A program made the position numbers and the translations under genes. The notes under the pieces are model-generated. The model did not search any database, had not been told where the DNA came from, and saw nothing but the letters and a program-made list of their open reading frames with translations. A DNA stretch of 64,000 nucleotides from Nageia nagi (taxonomy: Eukaryota > Plantae > Pinophyta), in contig JBITNC010000001.1 of the NCBI GenBank assembly GCA_050084985.1, positions 145,948,001-146,012,000 of the forward strand, read 5' to 3'. Below, piece by piece: positions 52,501 to 64,000 of this stretch; position 1 is the stretch's first letter; each line of letters opens with the position of its first letter.

Positions 52501-55500
52501 CTTTGTTGATGTGAATATAACCACTTATTAGATCATAATAGCTATAAGCCTTATATGATTTATAGTATCCTAATGAAATGAATTTAATGGATATCTTATT
52601 AATCTTCTTCTTAGTTTTTTTTGGCACATGCACAAAACAAGTTGAGACAAATATCCAAAGATGAGTAATTTTTGACTTTATACAAGATGAAACTTCATAA
52701 GTAGTGGTGTCCTTCAAAACTTAAGTGGGATACCTATTTAGAATATAAATAATGGTATACACTACTTCACCCCAAAATCTAGTGGGAAGGCCATTTGCTT
52801 TTATCATGCATCTAGCCATCTTAACAACTATTCATTTTTTCCTTTCAACCACTCCATTCTATTGTGGAGTGTAGGTAGTTGTATATTGCCTAATAATTCG
52901 ATGCTGATGGTAGAAGTTCTTAAATTCATTAGAAGTGAATTCTCCTCCTTTATCAATTTTAAACTTCTTAATAAAATAGCCAGATTAGTTTTCAACAAGA
53001 GATTTAAATTTAATAAAACTCTTATAAGAGTTAAACTTATTTTTCAATAAATAAAGCCAACTCATCCTAGAAAAGTCATTAGTAAATACAAGCATATATG
53101 TTGACTTGCTATCTTGGCTAGGAGTTTACATTGGTCCACATAGATTTACATGCACCAGCTAAAGAGGTTACTTAGCCTTGTATTGGTGCTTTGGAAACTT
53201 CACTTTGTGTTGCTTTCCTATAATACAACTTTCATATACCTCATTGAGTTTATGGGAGATGGTAGGAAGGCCTCTCACCAATTTGTGCAAACCTTTTAGT
53301 GAATGAAATTTTAAATGACCAAATCTCCTATGCCATAACCATGTAGAATCAAAAAATGCTTTTAAACAACTTGTTGTAGGTTTCATCATGAGCATATACA
53401 TCCCATTTTTAGTCATATAGATGGTGGCTATATGTTGGTTAGTGGACTCTTTTACTATGGTACACCCTTTCCTTTTGAAGGTGGTTATATATCCCCTTAT
53501 ACTAAGTTAATCAATACTTAACATATAGTGGTTAAGGCTAGGAAAAAGAGAGTGTTATGCATGTAAAATATCTTACCAACTTTAGAATTAAAGTAAATAG
53601 TCCCTCTATTGTGGATGTTGGCACTTTTGTTGTTACCAAACATGACTTGGACTATGACATTGGTGTCAATCTTGAGAAACAAAGCTTTGGTTCCAGTCAT
53701 ATGGTTATAACATCCACTATGTAGGTACCATAGATCATCTTCTTTAGCCTTAAAACTACTATAGGTGAGGAACTTGTTGCTCTGAACTTGATCTTCAACA
53801 TACTAAGATTTGAGATTCAAATTCTTCTTTTAGCAATATGATTCTATTTGACCATCTTTGTTACAAAAGTCATAATGTATAGGGGTGTCAACTTATGATC
53901 TTCCCCTAGAATGACCTTTTTCATAGCCTCTTCTACCTCTACCTTAGCTTTTGTTATAGCTTATTCCACATGATGATCCACCTCTTCCATGATAGGATGA
54001 AGAAGAAGAACTAGAAGTTGATGAAGAGGGCTCTTGGCCCTTCATTTTGAACTTTCCTTGGAAATCTTAGTTCAACGACTCAACTCCATCACTATCTTAT
54101 ATTCATAGGTAGTTAGAATACCTTACAACTCTGCAAGTGTGATTTAGAATAGGTTCTTTACTTATTTAATGGTATTTGTAATGGGATCAAACCTTTTGGG
54201 CAAGATCTAGAGCATCGTTTCCACAATTTTGGTATCTCTAATCTCTTCACCATTTGAATGGAAGGAATTTACAAGATCTTGTATCTTGGAAAAGAATACA
54301 CTTATATATTCTTCCTCTCTCATATGGATAGATTTTAACTCCTTACTTAACAACTAGAGCTTTACCACATGAACCTTGGTTGATCCTTTGTATGTGGTCT
54401 CCAAGATCTCCCATGCCTCCTTAGAAGTCTTACACTTTGTAATTTTGGGGAATATGGACACATATATCCCAGACTAGATGGAAAATAATGCATTAGAATC
54501 CTTATTATGGTTGTCCAACACTTCTTTCTTCTCATTTGCACTCATGGTTGTAAAGTTGACTTCATCTAAGTTAATAAAATGATGGGAAATAAATGTCCAT
54601 AAGTCTTGAAATATAAGAAATTTCCTCATCTAGATGCACTAGCACTCATAATGGTCTCCATTGAAAATGGGAATCTGCAACTACAATGAATTTCATGGCT
54701 TTGAATCTATTTAACTCAATAAATATTCCACTTTGATATGAATTGAATATTTTAAAGAAAAATAGAGAATAATGTGTATCTAGAATATGATAAGACTGAC
54801 CATAGGTAGAAAAAAAGTGAGAAAAAAATTAGAGACCAAAATAATTTGTATTGCAGAGAAGTGAAAAATATTACAAGGCTCTCTTGGAGCTAAATAGAAA
54901 AACATACACCACTTATTCTACACCATCCAACATTTTTATGCCTATGCTATCTATATTTAGACTAAGATTAAATTTTATATGTACACAACTTAGTCAATAA
55001 TAAAATTAAATGTAGCATGGGCTTTATGCATGTATTTGGTTGTCCTTTCTATAGAAGTTATAGGAAGCCCATGCCCTTTCCATTTGTAAAACATCTAAAA
55101 AACCTTAAATGACCATAGAAGGTTGATTAATTTCCAACCAGTCTTTTACAAAGAATTAATTTCAATGTTCAAACATTAATATTGATGGTTGAGCATTTAA
55201 TTCTAGGGTAGAAAGAATTTTCTAGAGTGAAATCTAGGTTTTAAAGTAAAAGAGATGTCATTACATAGGAACAACCATGAATTGAAATAAGACCCTAGGT
55301 CTGGGGGCTAAAACTATGATGTTATTCATCTAAATTAGTAGGTGCAACAAGTCCTAAAAGGTAGGATGCATTAAGTCTTGAGAAAATATAATTCAAATGT
55401 AGGAAACTATAGCCCAAATATGGAAGTCCTAGATGAAATGAGATAGAGCCCAAACATGAAATTCCCATAGTATAATAGCGATAAATCCTAGAGAACTAAA

Positions 55501-55663
55501 TCCTAGGAAGACCCCTAGATAATGCAGAGCCTAGAGGATAACATGTAGCACTCAAAGAATAATACTCATACTTGGGAATGGAGAGTAGAGAGAGAGCCTA
55601 GAAAATGAAAATGCTTGGAGGAGCATATTAAGTTGCATAGCAGCATGGAGATTAACATTTTCA
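49552..55663 (-). mobile_element. Full-length decayed Ty1/copia nested in the RNase H of the older copia
   Basis: LTRs at 49552-50476 and 54744-55663 (~920 bp). Perfect TSD TATTT at 49547-49551 and 55664-55668. Gag, PR, GAG-pre-integrase (WLWHRRFGHL), INT, RT (HMDVKSTFLNG; LYVDDII) and RNase H are all recognisable. Confidence 0.95.
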
Positions 55664-56746
55664 TATTTATCAAACATAATACTTGGTCACTAGCACTTGT
55701 GATTGCTATGTACTCAATCTCTATAGAATAAAGTGAAACTATTAGATTTGGACTTTCAATTTGATTCTATATTTGGGAAAACTTAGAGAAATGATGCTTG
55801 AGTGAAGAGGTGTGAAATGGTATACTAAAAATAACAATTGTGCTACATTGCAGAGGCTATGAGGTGATCTATCAAATACTCAACCTATGTTGCAAGATGA
55901 GGGTGCTTTGAAGAGGTAGGTTTTCCCTTTACAAAGCACCTAGATTTAGGATTAGTCTTGAATGGTATTATGATATTTAGGGCATTCTTAACTGATTATT
56001 AATCTCCATAATATTATTTTATGCTTGGTCATTATAATATTTAACAATTTTTAGAAAATTGAAAATAAATTAAACCTAAATTTTAAACATTTTACATATT
56101 TTTTAAAATGTTAGTAAATTTGAATATTTAATGGGAGTTTCAATATTCAAAGGGTTTTGAATAGTAGAATTATGAGATTATATCAATTTCAATAGTGAAT
56201 GGTAATTTGACTTAAAATAAAAGGTTTGTGTTCTCTTAATGAGGAAACTAATTCTAAGGTACTAATATGTTTATGAGATTAAGTTTGTTTCTTAATATGG
56301 TTTTGGAATTGATGGTTGGTGTCATATAGTCTAGATATTAACTCTAATCTTAGTGGTTTGGAGGTAAATGATATATCGTTTGACATTGTGAGTCCTTTTT
56401 AACTAATATTAACTTAAATTTAAGCTAAAGGCTTTTAAATCCTATGGTAGGCTTGTTTATGTAACTCTTATTTACCATACATCTTAGAGATGGTAGTTGT
56501 AATTTTTTGGAAAGCTTTATCGTATGTGAGTATTGAAAATATATGCACCTAGAAAATATGGTAGATTTATTTATTATTGTATTAATAGTTTTGGTACTCT
56601 GAACACCTTAATATTAGATTATTTCCATTTATTAATGTTGTGAGAATGAGTGTTTCAACCTACATCTTGGTATTTTTTTTTATATAGATTGTCTTGTCCA
56701 ATGTTGTCATTATTCAAGTTATCTTAACTTTTGATACTATGGTATT

Positions 56747-56750
<4 letters not shown>

Positions 56751-56790
<40 letters not shown>

Positions 56791-56798
56791 ATATATAT
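56751..56798. repeat. (TA)n microsatellite with one interruption
   Basis: Visible directly. Confidence 0.95.
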
Positions 56799-57790
56799 TG
56801 TTAAGATGTATTTAACTTACTATTTATTATGATGTGAACATATGATGGGAAGTATAATCACTATTGTAATTATAGATAATGATAACACCCTAGTATTATA
56901 AGTAAACCATAATGGATGCCAAAACTACTATGTCTAGCTTTTAGATGAACAAAGTTTTGATGATGATTTATAGGTATAATCATTATTTGTTTCAATCAAA
57001 AGATAACTAAAATGATTAATTCCTTCATCTAGAATACAAAAGAGTGATATTTTTTATGTTTGCTATTAACTAGAACTAATGAACTATTTGTTATGTATAC
57101 ATAGTGTATTATGTTATTTACTACTACATAACCTTGAGATAGTAAAGGGTATTGGATGTATCTAGTTGTGAAATGGTCTAAATTATGGAATATATTGGTA
57201 CATTTAAAACATGTTTGGTTGAACTTGAGGGTTTTTTATGAATAAGGATACATGGTTAGTTATTACCACTTATATAAATGCATTTTTTTTTACTAGGAAA
57301 TACATGAATGTTGGATCAATGGTGCTTAGTAGTACACATGGTAAAGGATATATGGCATCTTGTATTGTTATGTTTCTTGGTGATTTGATTTTAGTTAAAA
57401 AATAAGATATAAAATACAATTGGATGTGTGTATACACAATTATACATTCTTGAATTGCAAAGAGATTTATGTGATGGATGAGATCACATATTTGACTAGT
57501 ATCTAATAGATTATTTTCCAAGTGTTATATAAACCTAGATTAGGTTGTAACTTTGTATTGAAAGGATTCATGCTTGTATAAAGGTATGACTTGTAATATG
57601 ATCATTTTATGATTATAAATTATTATTAGCTAGATTATCTACCAAGGGTTTACCTAGAGTGGAAATGCATAGGGTTTTTCTAGAGCTTGGCTCAAACTAT
57701 GGTGTTATGAGTTTATCTTTAGATTAAATATTATATGTTATTTCATTTCAGTTATTTGTATAATTGTATTGATTAACTAGATTGCTAATA
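56799..57790. mobile_element. Probable solo LTR (~990 bp)
   Basis: Starts TGTTAAG and ends ..TTGCTAATA (eroded TAACA). Flanks are TATAT/TGTAT (4 of 5). It is non-coding, has LTR-like AGGGTTT motifs and interrupts the older copia pol region. Confidence 0.45.
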
Positions 57791-60700
57791 TGTATGAGTA
57801 AATTAAAATATTTCTTGATCATGATAATTTTCCTATTTGGTTATTCTTTTAACTTATTTTAAATAATTCTAAGGAAAATAAACCATATTACATAATATTT
57901 CACTAAGCTTTAGTGATTAGGAGGAAACTTTTATCATTGAAATTTTTAGTTCTTTACAACAATACACCATTAGAAATTGGTATTTTAAGTGATTTACATT
58001 TATCTATTCTAAAGTTCAGCATGTCATTTTCATATTTTTTATAAATAAAAACTCCTCTCACTTTTATAAACTTCTATTCCTAAAAAATAGTGCCACAAAC
58101 CTAGGTCTTTCATTTCAAATTCTTACATCATGGACCTCTTAAACTTATTAGCTAATTATTAAATAGTACCCATATAAATTAGATAAAAAAAAATCCAAGA
58201 AAATAAGTAAAAATTCATCTCCTTATTTCAAGTTATAGAGGGTAGATTCAGTGCTTCTTCTTACAAAGACATATTGATGGAAGTGCTCATCAATTCATCA
58301 ATTATTGAGAGATTATATAAGGCCTTATTCAACTTGTAGACTAAATACTCTTTGCCTTTAATTTTAAAGACTTAATATTTTTTCACATAAACATCCTCAT
58401 TCAAGTGGGCATTTAGAAATTATTTTTTGGCATCCATGTGATGAATCCTTAATCCTCTGGGGGCACCCAAAGATATAACTAATCTTATGGTTTCTTATCA
58501 TGCTAGTTGAGAAAATATTTATTTATTATTTATATCATAACATTGCATGAAGTTTTTGGCCATAATCCCTTCCCATTTCCTCTATATCTTTCCATCATTC
58601 TTGTATTTTATCTTATAGAGCCATTTATAACAAATACATTTTTTTATCTTTTGGAAGCTCAACTAGATCCCATGTGTCATTCATTTTGGTGGAGTTGATC
58701 TCATCCTCCATATCCTTTATCAAAAAATGGTTAGTACATGTATTTTCATAGCTAGAGGGTTATACATATATACTAATCATTAAATCATAGTTTTTAACAT
58801 CACCTCTAGATTATTAATTATCTTCATCACCATATATTTTCAAATTTTAAAGCCTAGTTACAACTTGGTCAAGTTTATATGGTTGACTTCTAATGAGTCC
58901 CTTTTTAAAGTTTATATCTAGAATTTAACAACACTTATATGAAAACAAAGTTATCTTTTAACTTTTGTTTTACTCACATCAGTTATAAAATCATTATTTT
59001 CACTTAGAAATCTTGATGGACTTGAAGGTGCACTTAAATAAGTGGTATTTTGTGGGATAAAATGGAAAATTATATGTTGACTTCTACATTATATTAAATA
59101 ATTAAATAAGTATTATAATTATATCTATCATCTAAAAATATTATTTGAGCACCATATTTTCTCCCTTCATAAAAAATTACACCTTTTGAAATTATAACCT
59201 TGTGTGTCTTTGGATTATAGAGTCTATATGCCTTAGTATCTTCATAAATACCCAATAAAAATATAAGCTTGAATTTTTGAATCAAGTTTCTTTCCTTTTA
59301 CATGAATTACATATCTATATGCCAAATAACCAAAAATTCTTTAATAATTAGAATTTTATTTTCTCTCATACCATGCCTCATAGGGGGTGATACCTTCCTA
59401 TGCATTAATGGGACTTGTATTAAAAATATATCCAATAGTCCTACAAGAATCAATCTAATACATATTTTTTAAACCATTTGTTTGAATAATATTTCTATCC
59501 ATTTCAATAATTATTCTATTTTTTTCATCCAATCCATTTTTTATGGTGTAGGAAGATATGAGTCACCATTTTATCCCATAATCCTTGTAAAATTGGAAAA
59601 ATGCATTTGAACAAAACTATCCTCTTGTATTAGTTCTTAGGCATTTTACAAATATCTAATTTGAGTCTTAAAACTATTTTTGAATTTTTTTACTTTTGAT
59701 TCTTAAGCTTCTTCATTTACTTTTAAGAAGTATGTGTAACATATTATTGAAAATCATCAATAAAAGTGAGGAAATAAGAATTTTTACCCATATTATTTAT
59801 TTAAATTGGCCCATATATGTGTTGGAATCTAGTACTTAGAGTGTAAAGGATGATTTCTTTACTTTTCCTTGTATAATGCTTTATTTTGTGTGCTTTCCTA
59901 ATGCACAACCTTCACAAACCTCTTTGTGCTTTTCAACCCTAGGAATCCTTTGTACTATTAATTTTGATATCAACAACTTCAAATTAGCAAAATTTAGATG
60001 ACTATATCTTAAATTTCATAACTAAATTTTATTTTGCATAGATACATTTGCAATTTGGGTTTCTTATCCATCAAAGTTTAGAACAAATAACCTATTTTAA
60101 CTCATTTACACTATAGTGACAAGCCTATGAACATAATTTTTATAAAAAATTGTACATTTCCCATGATCAAATACTATCTTATTAATATTGTATCTTATTT
60201 AACTAGCACTTAATAAGTTGTATTCTATATTCAAAATGTAATATATATTATTTAGCTTTTTGGTATATTTCTTGATGTTTAGATCATTGTATGAATGCCT
60301 TACTAATGCAATGCCTTATCATATCCTTGTTTGATCTTGGATTTGTATGAATTATAATTTTTTATAAACAACTCCTACTTCTCAATTATATGGTTGGAGT
60401 AGACCCTATCAAGGATATATGCCTCTTGAATATTTTTATCATCCATTGTATAAGTCAAAAATAAATTTATAGAGTTATCTTCTTCTCCATAAATTTAACT
60501 ACATCTTTGTTATTGAGAAGCCTTAAACCTACAATATCTCTTATAGTGATAAAAATTATTATAGTAATAACATTGCTTACTTTTTTATTGTATCTACCTC
60601 TACCTTAATCTTTTCCTTATGCAACCCCTCTTCTTCCTCTTCCTCTTACTTAAACATTTTCTTAGGCTTCACCTTCTTTAGATGAAAAAGCCTTATCATC

Positions 60701-62419
60701 AACCCCTCCAATACTTGAAGATGAAGAAATTCTCTCCTCATGAGATAATAATGAACCTATGAGGTGATCAAAAGTAAGAATAGTGAAATCTTTACTCTCT
60801 TAAATTATGATATCTACATAGTTCCATTTAGAAAAATGTATCCTTGATCTACTTTCTTCATAATGAATCCATTTTTGACCTCTTGACCAACATTCTTCAT
60901 TTTTCTCACATGAGCTTTTGGTATCATACTATAATCCTAAACATTTTCATCCTTTTTCATCTTCAAGTTTCTAAAATAAATTTTTAATATTTTTAACATC
61001 ACTTGCTTTATTTACTTGTTTACTTCAAACCCATATTTTAAAGCTTTGCATACTTCTTTGGATTAAGTATAACTTACAACTCTAAGAAAGAGATGCTCAT
61101 CTAAGGTTTTTTGCATAAAAATATTTACAAAGCTATTCTTTTTTTTTTCATTCCTTAATTCTTTCTTATTTAGAACTAGAAAATTATTCCAATCAGTTGG
61201 CTGCTATTATCCTTCCTCCATAATCTTCCAAACACCTTTGCTAATGAGTAGGTACTTCATTTTAATAGACCAATAATCAAAATTTCATATTTGCATTATG
61301 GAATGGTAAAAGTATTGTTATTTTTATTTTCCATCTTTTATGTTAAACCAAAAAATCCTCACAACTCTAATTAGATATTTTGAATCAGTCTTTTGTAAAA
61401 ACTTGATATATCTAAATAAAGTCACTTCACTCTCTTTTTTATAACCCAAGAGATCAACTTGGTTTTGACATCATAATGAGAAACTATACTCACAACTTAC
61501 TTGAAAAAAATGAATTATAAGGCATATATAGTTCACAATTGGAACTATATTTCAATTAATATAGTTTTACAATGTAAATATCATAAACTAGTGAACTACA
61601 TGAAGCCTAAACAAAAATAACAAAAAAATGAGAAATACACAAAATTATCATGGTATCATAATGATTAGAAAAAATCAGTATGCATCATAATGACTAATCA
61701 ATGCATGTCAAATTGATCATCTAACTATGCATATCGATCATCTAATTATAGAAAAAAAATATTACTTTATCTATGATGTGAAACTTTGATGAGGTTTCAT
61801 TGAAAACTTGACATAATAAGGATAAGAATTTAGTTTTAAAACCAAGGTTTTTAACTCTTTGCTCATACATGCAATCCCTACCATATATAATCAATCATGA
61901 ATATAGTCACTGGTACTTTCTTTATGAAACACAACCAGATTTACTAAATGCAACAAAATTTATGAAATATGCCCATGTTTCTTAATAAAGAGTGACAAAA
62001 AGTTAGTTAGCGGTGTGCTTATTATTTTTTGACTAGATTTCTCTTATGCTTTATTAGTTAGGTATATTGTACTTGTTTTTCATGTGTGTTAAACATAAAT
62101 ACAAGTGTGATTGATGTAATTTATGATTTTAGTAACTCATAAGGTTTTATGTATCATTTATTATATTCTTGAATTATCCTTTAATGGTTGTAGAGTAAAA
62201 TATTATATATATTATACTTATTTATTTGATGGAATAGAATGTGATAGCATTTATCAATTATTATTATAGTTTAAGGAAAATGAATAATTAGGTTACAATA
62301 GGATTATGACTATTTTATAGAAATTTATGTTTCTAAAATTTGGCTCCAAGACATCATATTGTAGGAATAAATTGTTTCTAGTTAAGAGGTTTTATGTTGA
62401 GCAATCTGTAATGGATACA

Positions 62420-64000
62420 AATATCATATTTGAATACATGGAGGATCTAATATTTTATGGTAAAAATTATCCTTGTTGGAAAGTATATATGAAGAATTTG
62501 TTAAAGGATAAAAGGCAGTGTAAGATCATGAAATAAGTATGTGAAGAGCCAACCACATAGAGCATTATTGAAGGAGAAAAGAAGTAGACAAGGAAGAAAG
62601 AGAAATGCAAAAGTTGCATAGCTCTCATGGACATGAGAAGAGATATGAAACATAATATTTTTCCTCTCATTGCTAATCATAAATTATCTACAATAGCATG
62701 GAAAATATTGAATGATTATTATGGGTATAATGAGGACACTCATAAATATAAATATCATAATCTAAGAGATTGTATGATAAAGGATAAGCCTTATTCCTTT
62801 GGAGATCCTTTTGGAGAGGCTTGTGAAGACTCATGTTATTGTTATGGAGAGGCTTGTTCTTGTTATGAAGATCTATATATGTTTGTTGAGTATTTATTTG
62901 AATACTCAAGTGGAGATAAGTCTTATAAAGAAGACATGAATAATGAATTCTACTTTCTAAAGTAATATGATGCAAAATCCTTTTCTAAAAATAAAGATGT
63001 ATAGGAGGTCCTACATGTGCCTTATGAAACTCTAATGGAATAAAGTAATGTTGATGGATTTAATATGAAAAAATTATAGAATAAAATGAATATGTAACAT
63101 GTTTGCCAAGCATGTACATGGGTGAAGAATCATTCTATGATAATGATAATGAAGATACTCATGGTGAGGTAGATGAATAATTCCTAATAGAAAAGGCATA
63201 TATTGATGAACATCTCATGGAGGGTATGTATTATGAAGAGAGTATCATGAGATATACTTATGAATAAGAGTATTTTATAGAGAAGATACAAAATCTATTT
63301 TGTATTGAATTTTTCTTCATGGAGAAAGAACAAAATCAAATATTTCATCAAGCCATTCTCATGGAAGATAATGATAAAGAGACAACCCTAAAATATTAGT
63401 ATGATGAAGAGGAAACAATCATGAAAGAGTATTATATTGAAGATAAGCCATGGAAAAATCAAGATGATAGAGAAAAATTCTTATGGAGGAATATTTGATA
63501 GCTCATGATCAAGACCATTTATATGAAATTTATAAATCATATTTTGAATACCACTTAGATAATTATTTTCATGAAGACAAGGTGCTAAATTTGAATTTTT
63601 GGCTCACTTATGATGAGGACCATTCACTTTGAATGGTTGCATGCTCTCTTGAAATAGAAAATGAATATCTTCTACAAATGGAACAAAAATATATTAGAGT
63701 TCCTCCAAAGGGGAAAAATGAATGACAAAGATAAACACTCATGATGGACTATCGCATGGCTAAATATTACTTACATGAGTAGAGATAAATGATGAAATTA
63801 ACTCATATGGATTGAATATTAATTGTATAAAAAATGACCAAGTTATGTTAAATGTTGATCCACATGAAAATATTGATGAAGGGGAGATCATAATTATGAC
63901 CTTTATGTTTTAATATCAGTCATAAGAAGTGAAGGATATATTATGTTAAGAAAAGAGTAGGAAAAGTTATCTCATTTGCGAGGTGGAAAATGAGATATAG
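62420..64000 (+). mobile_element. Copia-derived remnant: gag N-terminus followed by an acidic repetitive region, running off the window
   Basis: FYGKNYPCWKVYMKNLL..EEP..NIFPLIANHKLSTIAWKILNDYYG is DUF4219/UBN2-like gag. It is followed by E/D-rich decayed frames with recurring CTCATGG motifs. Confidence 0.6.

Larger units (their letters stand above)
48738..61813 (-). mobile_element. Older Ty1/copia element interrupted by nested insertions
   Basis: Diverged LTRs at 48738-49276 and 61474-~61813 share TTGGAACTA..AATATAGTTTTA.AATGTAAAT and TATGATGT.AA.CTTTGAT. PPT complement at 49277-49288 and eroded PBS complement at ~61461-61473. RNase H is split at 49551/55664. RT ~57830-58720 (EFEMKDLG..FLGIEV), INT ~59090-59900, gag ~60700-61330. 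Confidence 0.8.

Noticed and set aside
1-64000. tRNA, rRNA, snRNA genes and prokaryotic features; most short ORFs in the track
   Set aside because: No RNA-gene signatures were recognised by eye (tRNAscan or Infernal would be decisive). The remaining ORFs are antisense or out-of-frame shadows of TE sequence.

Overview
This is AT-rich, strongly CpG-depleted eukaryotic nuclear DNA from a land plant. The TE types suggest a gymnosperm, which is an inference. I see no intact protein-coding gene; the window is mostly decayed transposons. From 5' to 3' it holds: a CRM-like Ty3/gypsy remnant (1-2.4 kb); a CpG-retaining island with an F-box-associated-type pseudogene (2.6-6.2 kb); two decayed L1 LINEs (6.5-11.7 kb); a full-length Ty1/copia with TSD CTCTC (14559-20122); a second CpG-retaining island with minus-strand splice signals (20.2-22.6 kb); a ~8.4 kb Helitron (~22.8-31.2 kb); a pol-less Tat/Ogre-type element carrying gag, an antisense spliced PMD gene and tandem arrays (34-41.7 kb); a full-length Reina-like chromovirus (42406-48378); a nested copia complex (outer 48738-~61813, inner 49552-55663, solo LTR 56799-57790); and a copia gag remnant with acidic repeats at the end. 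The most unusual feature is the Helitron. It pairs a Helitron2/Helentron-type Rep/PIF1 helicase with a Helitron1-type CTAG end and a near full-length captured plant RPA70 gene. Also notable are an extra copia ORF with three SUMO-interacting-like motifs and a pervasive CpG plus CpA deamination signature. All domain calls come from manual translation and motif recognition, not from database searches.
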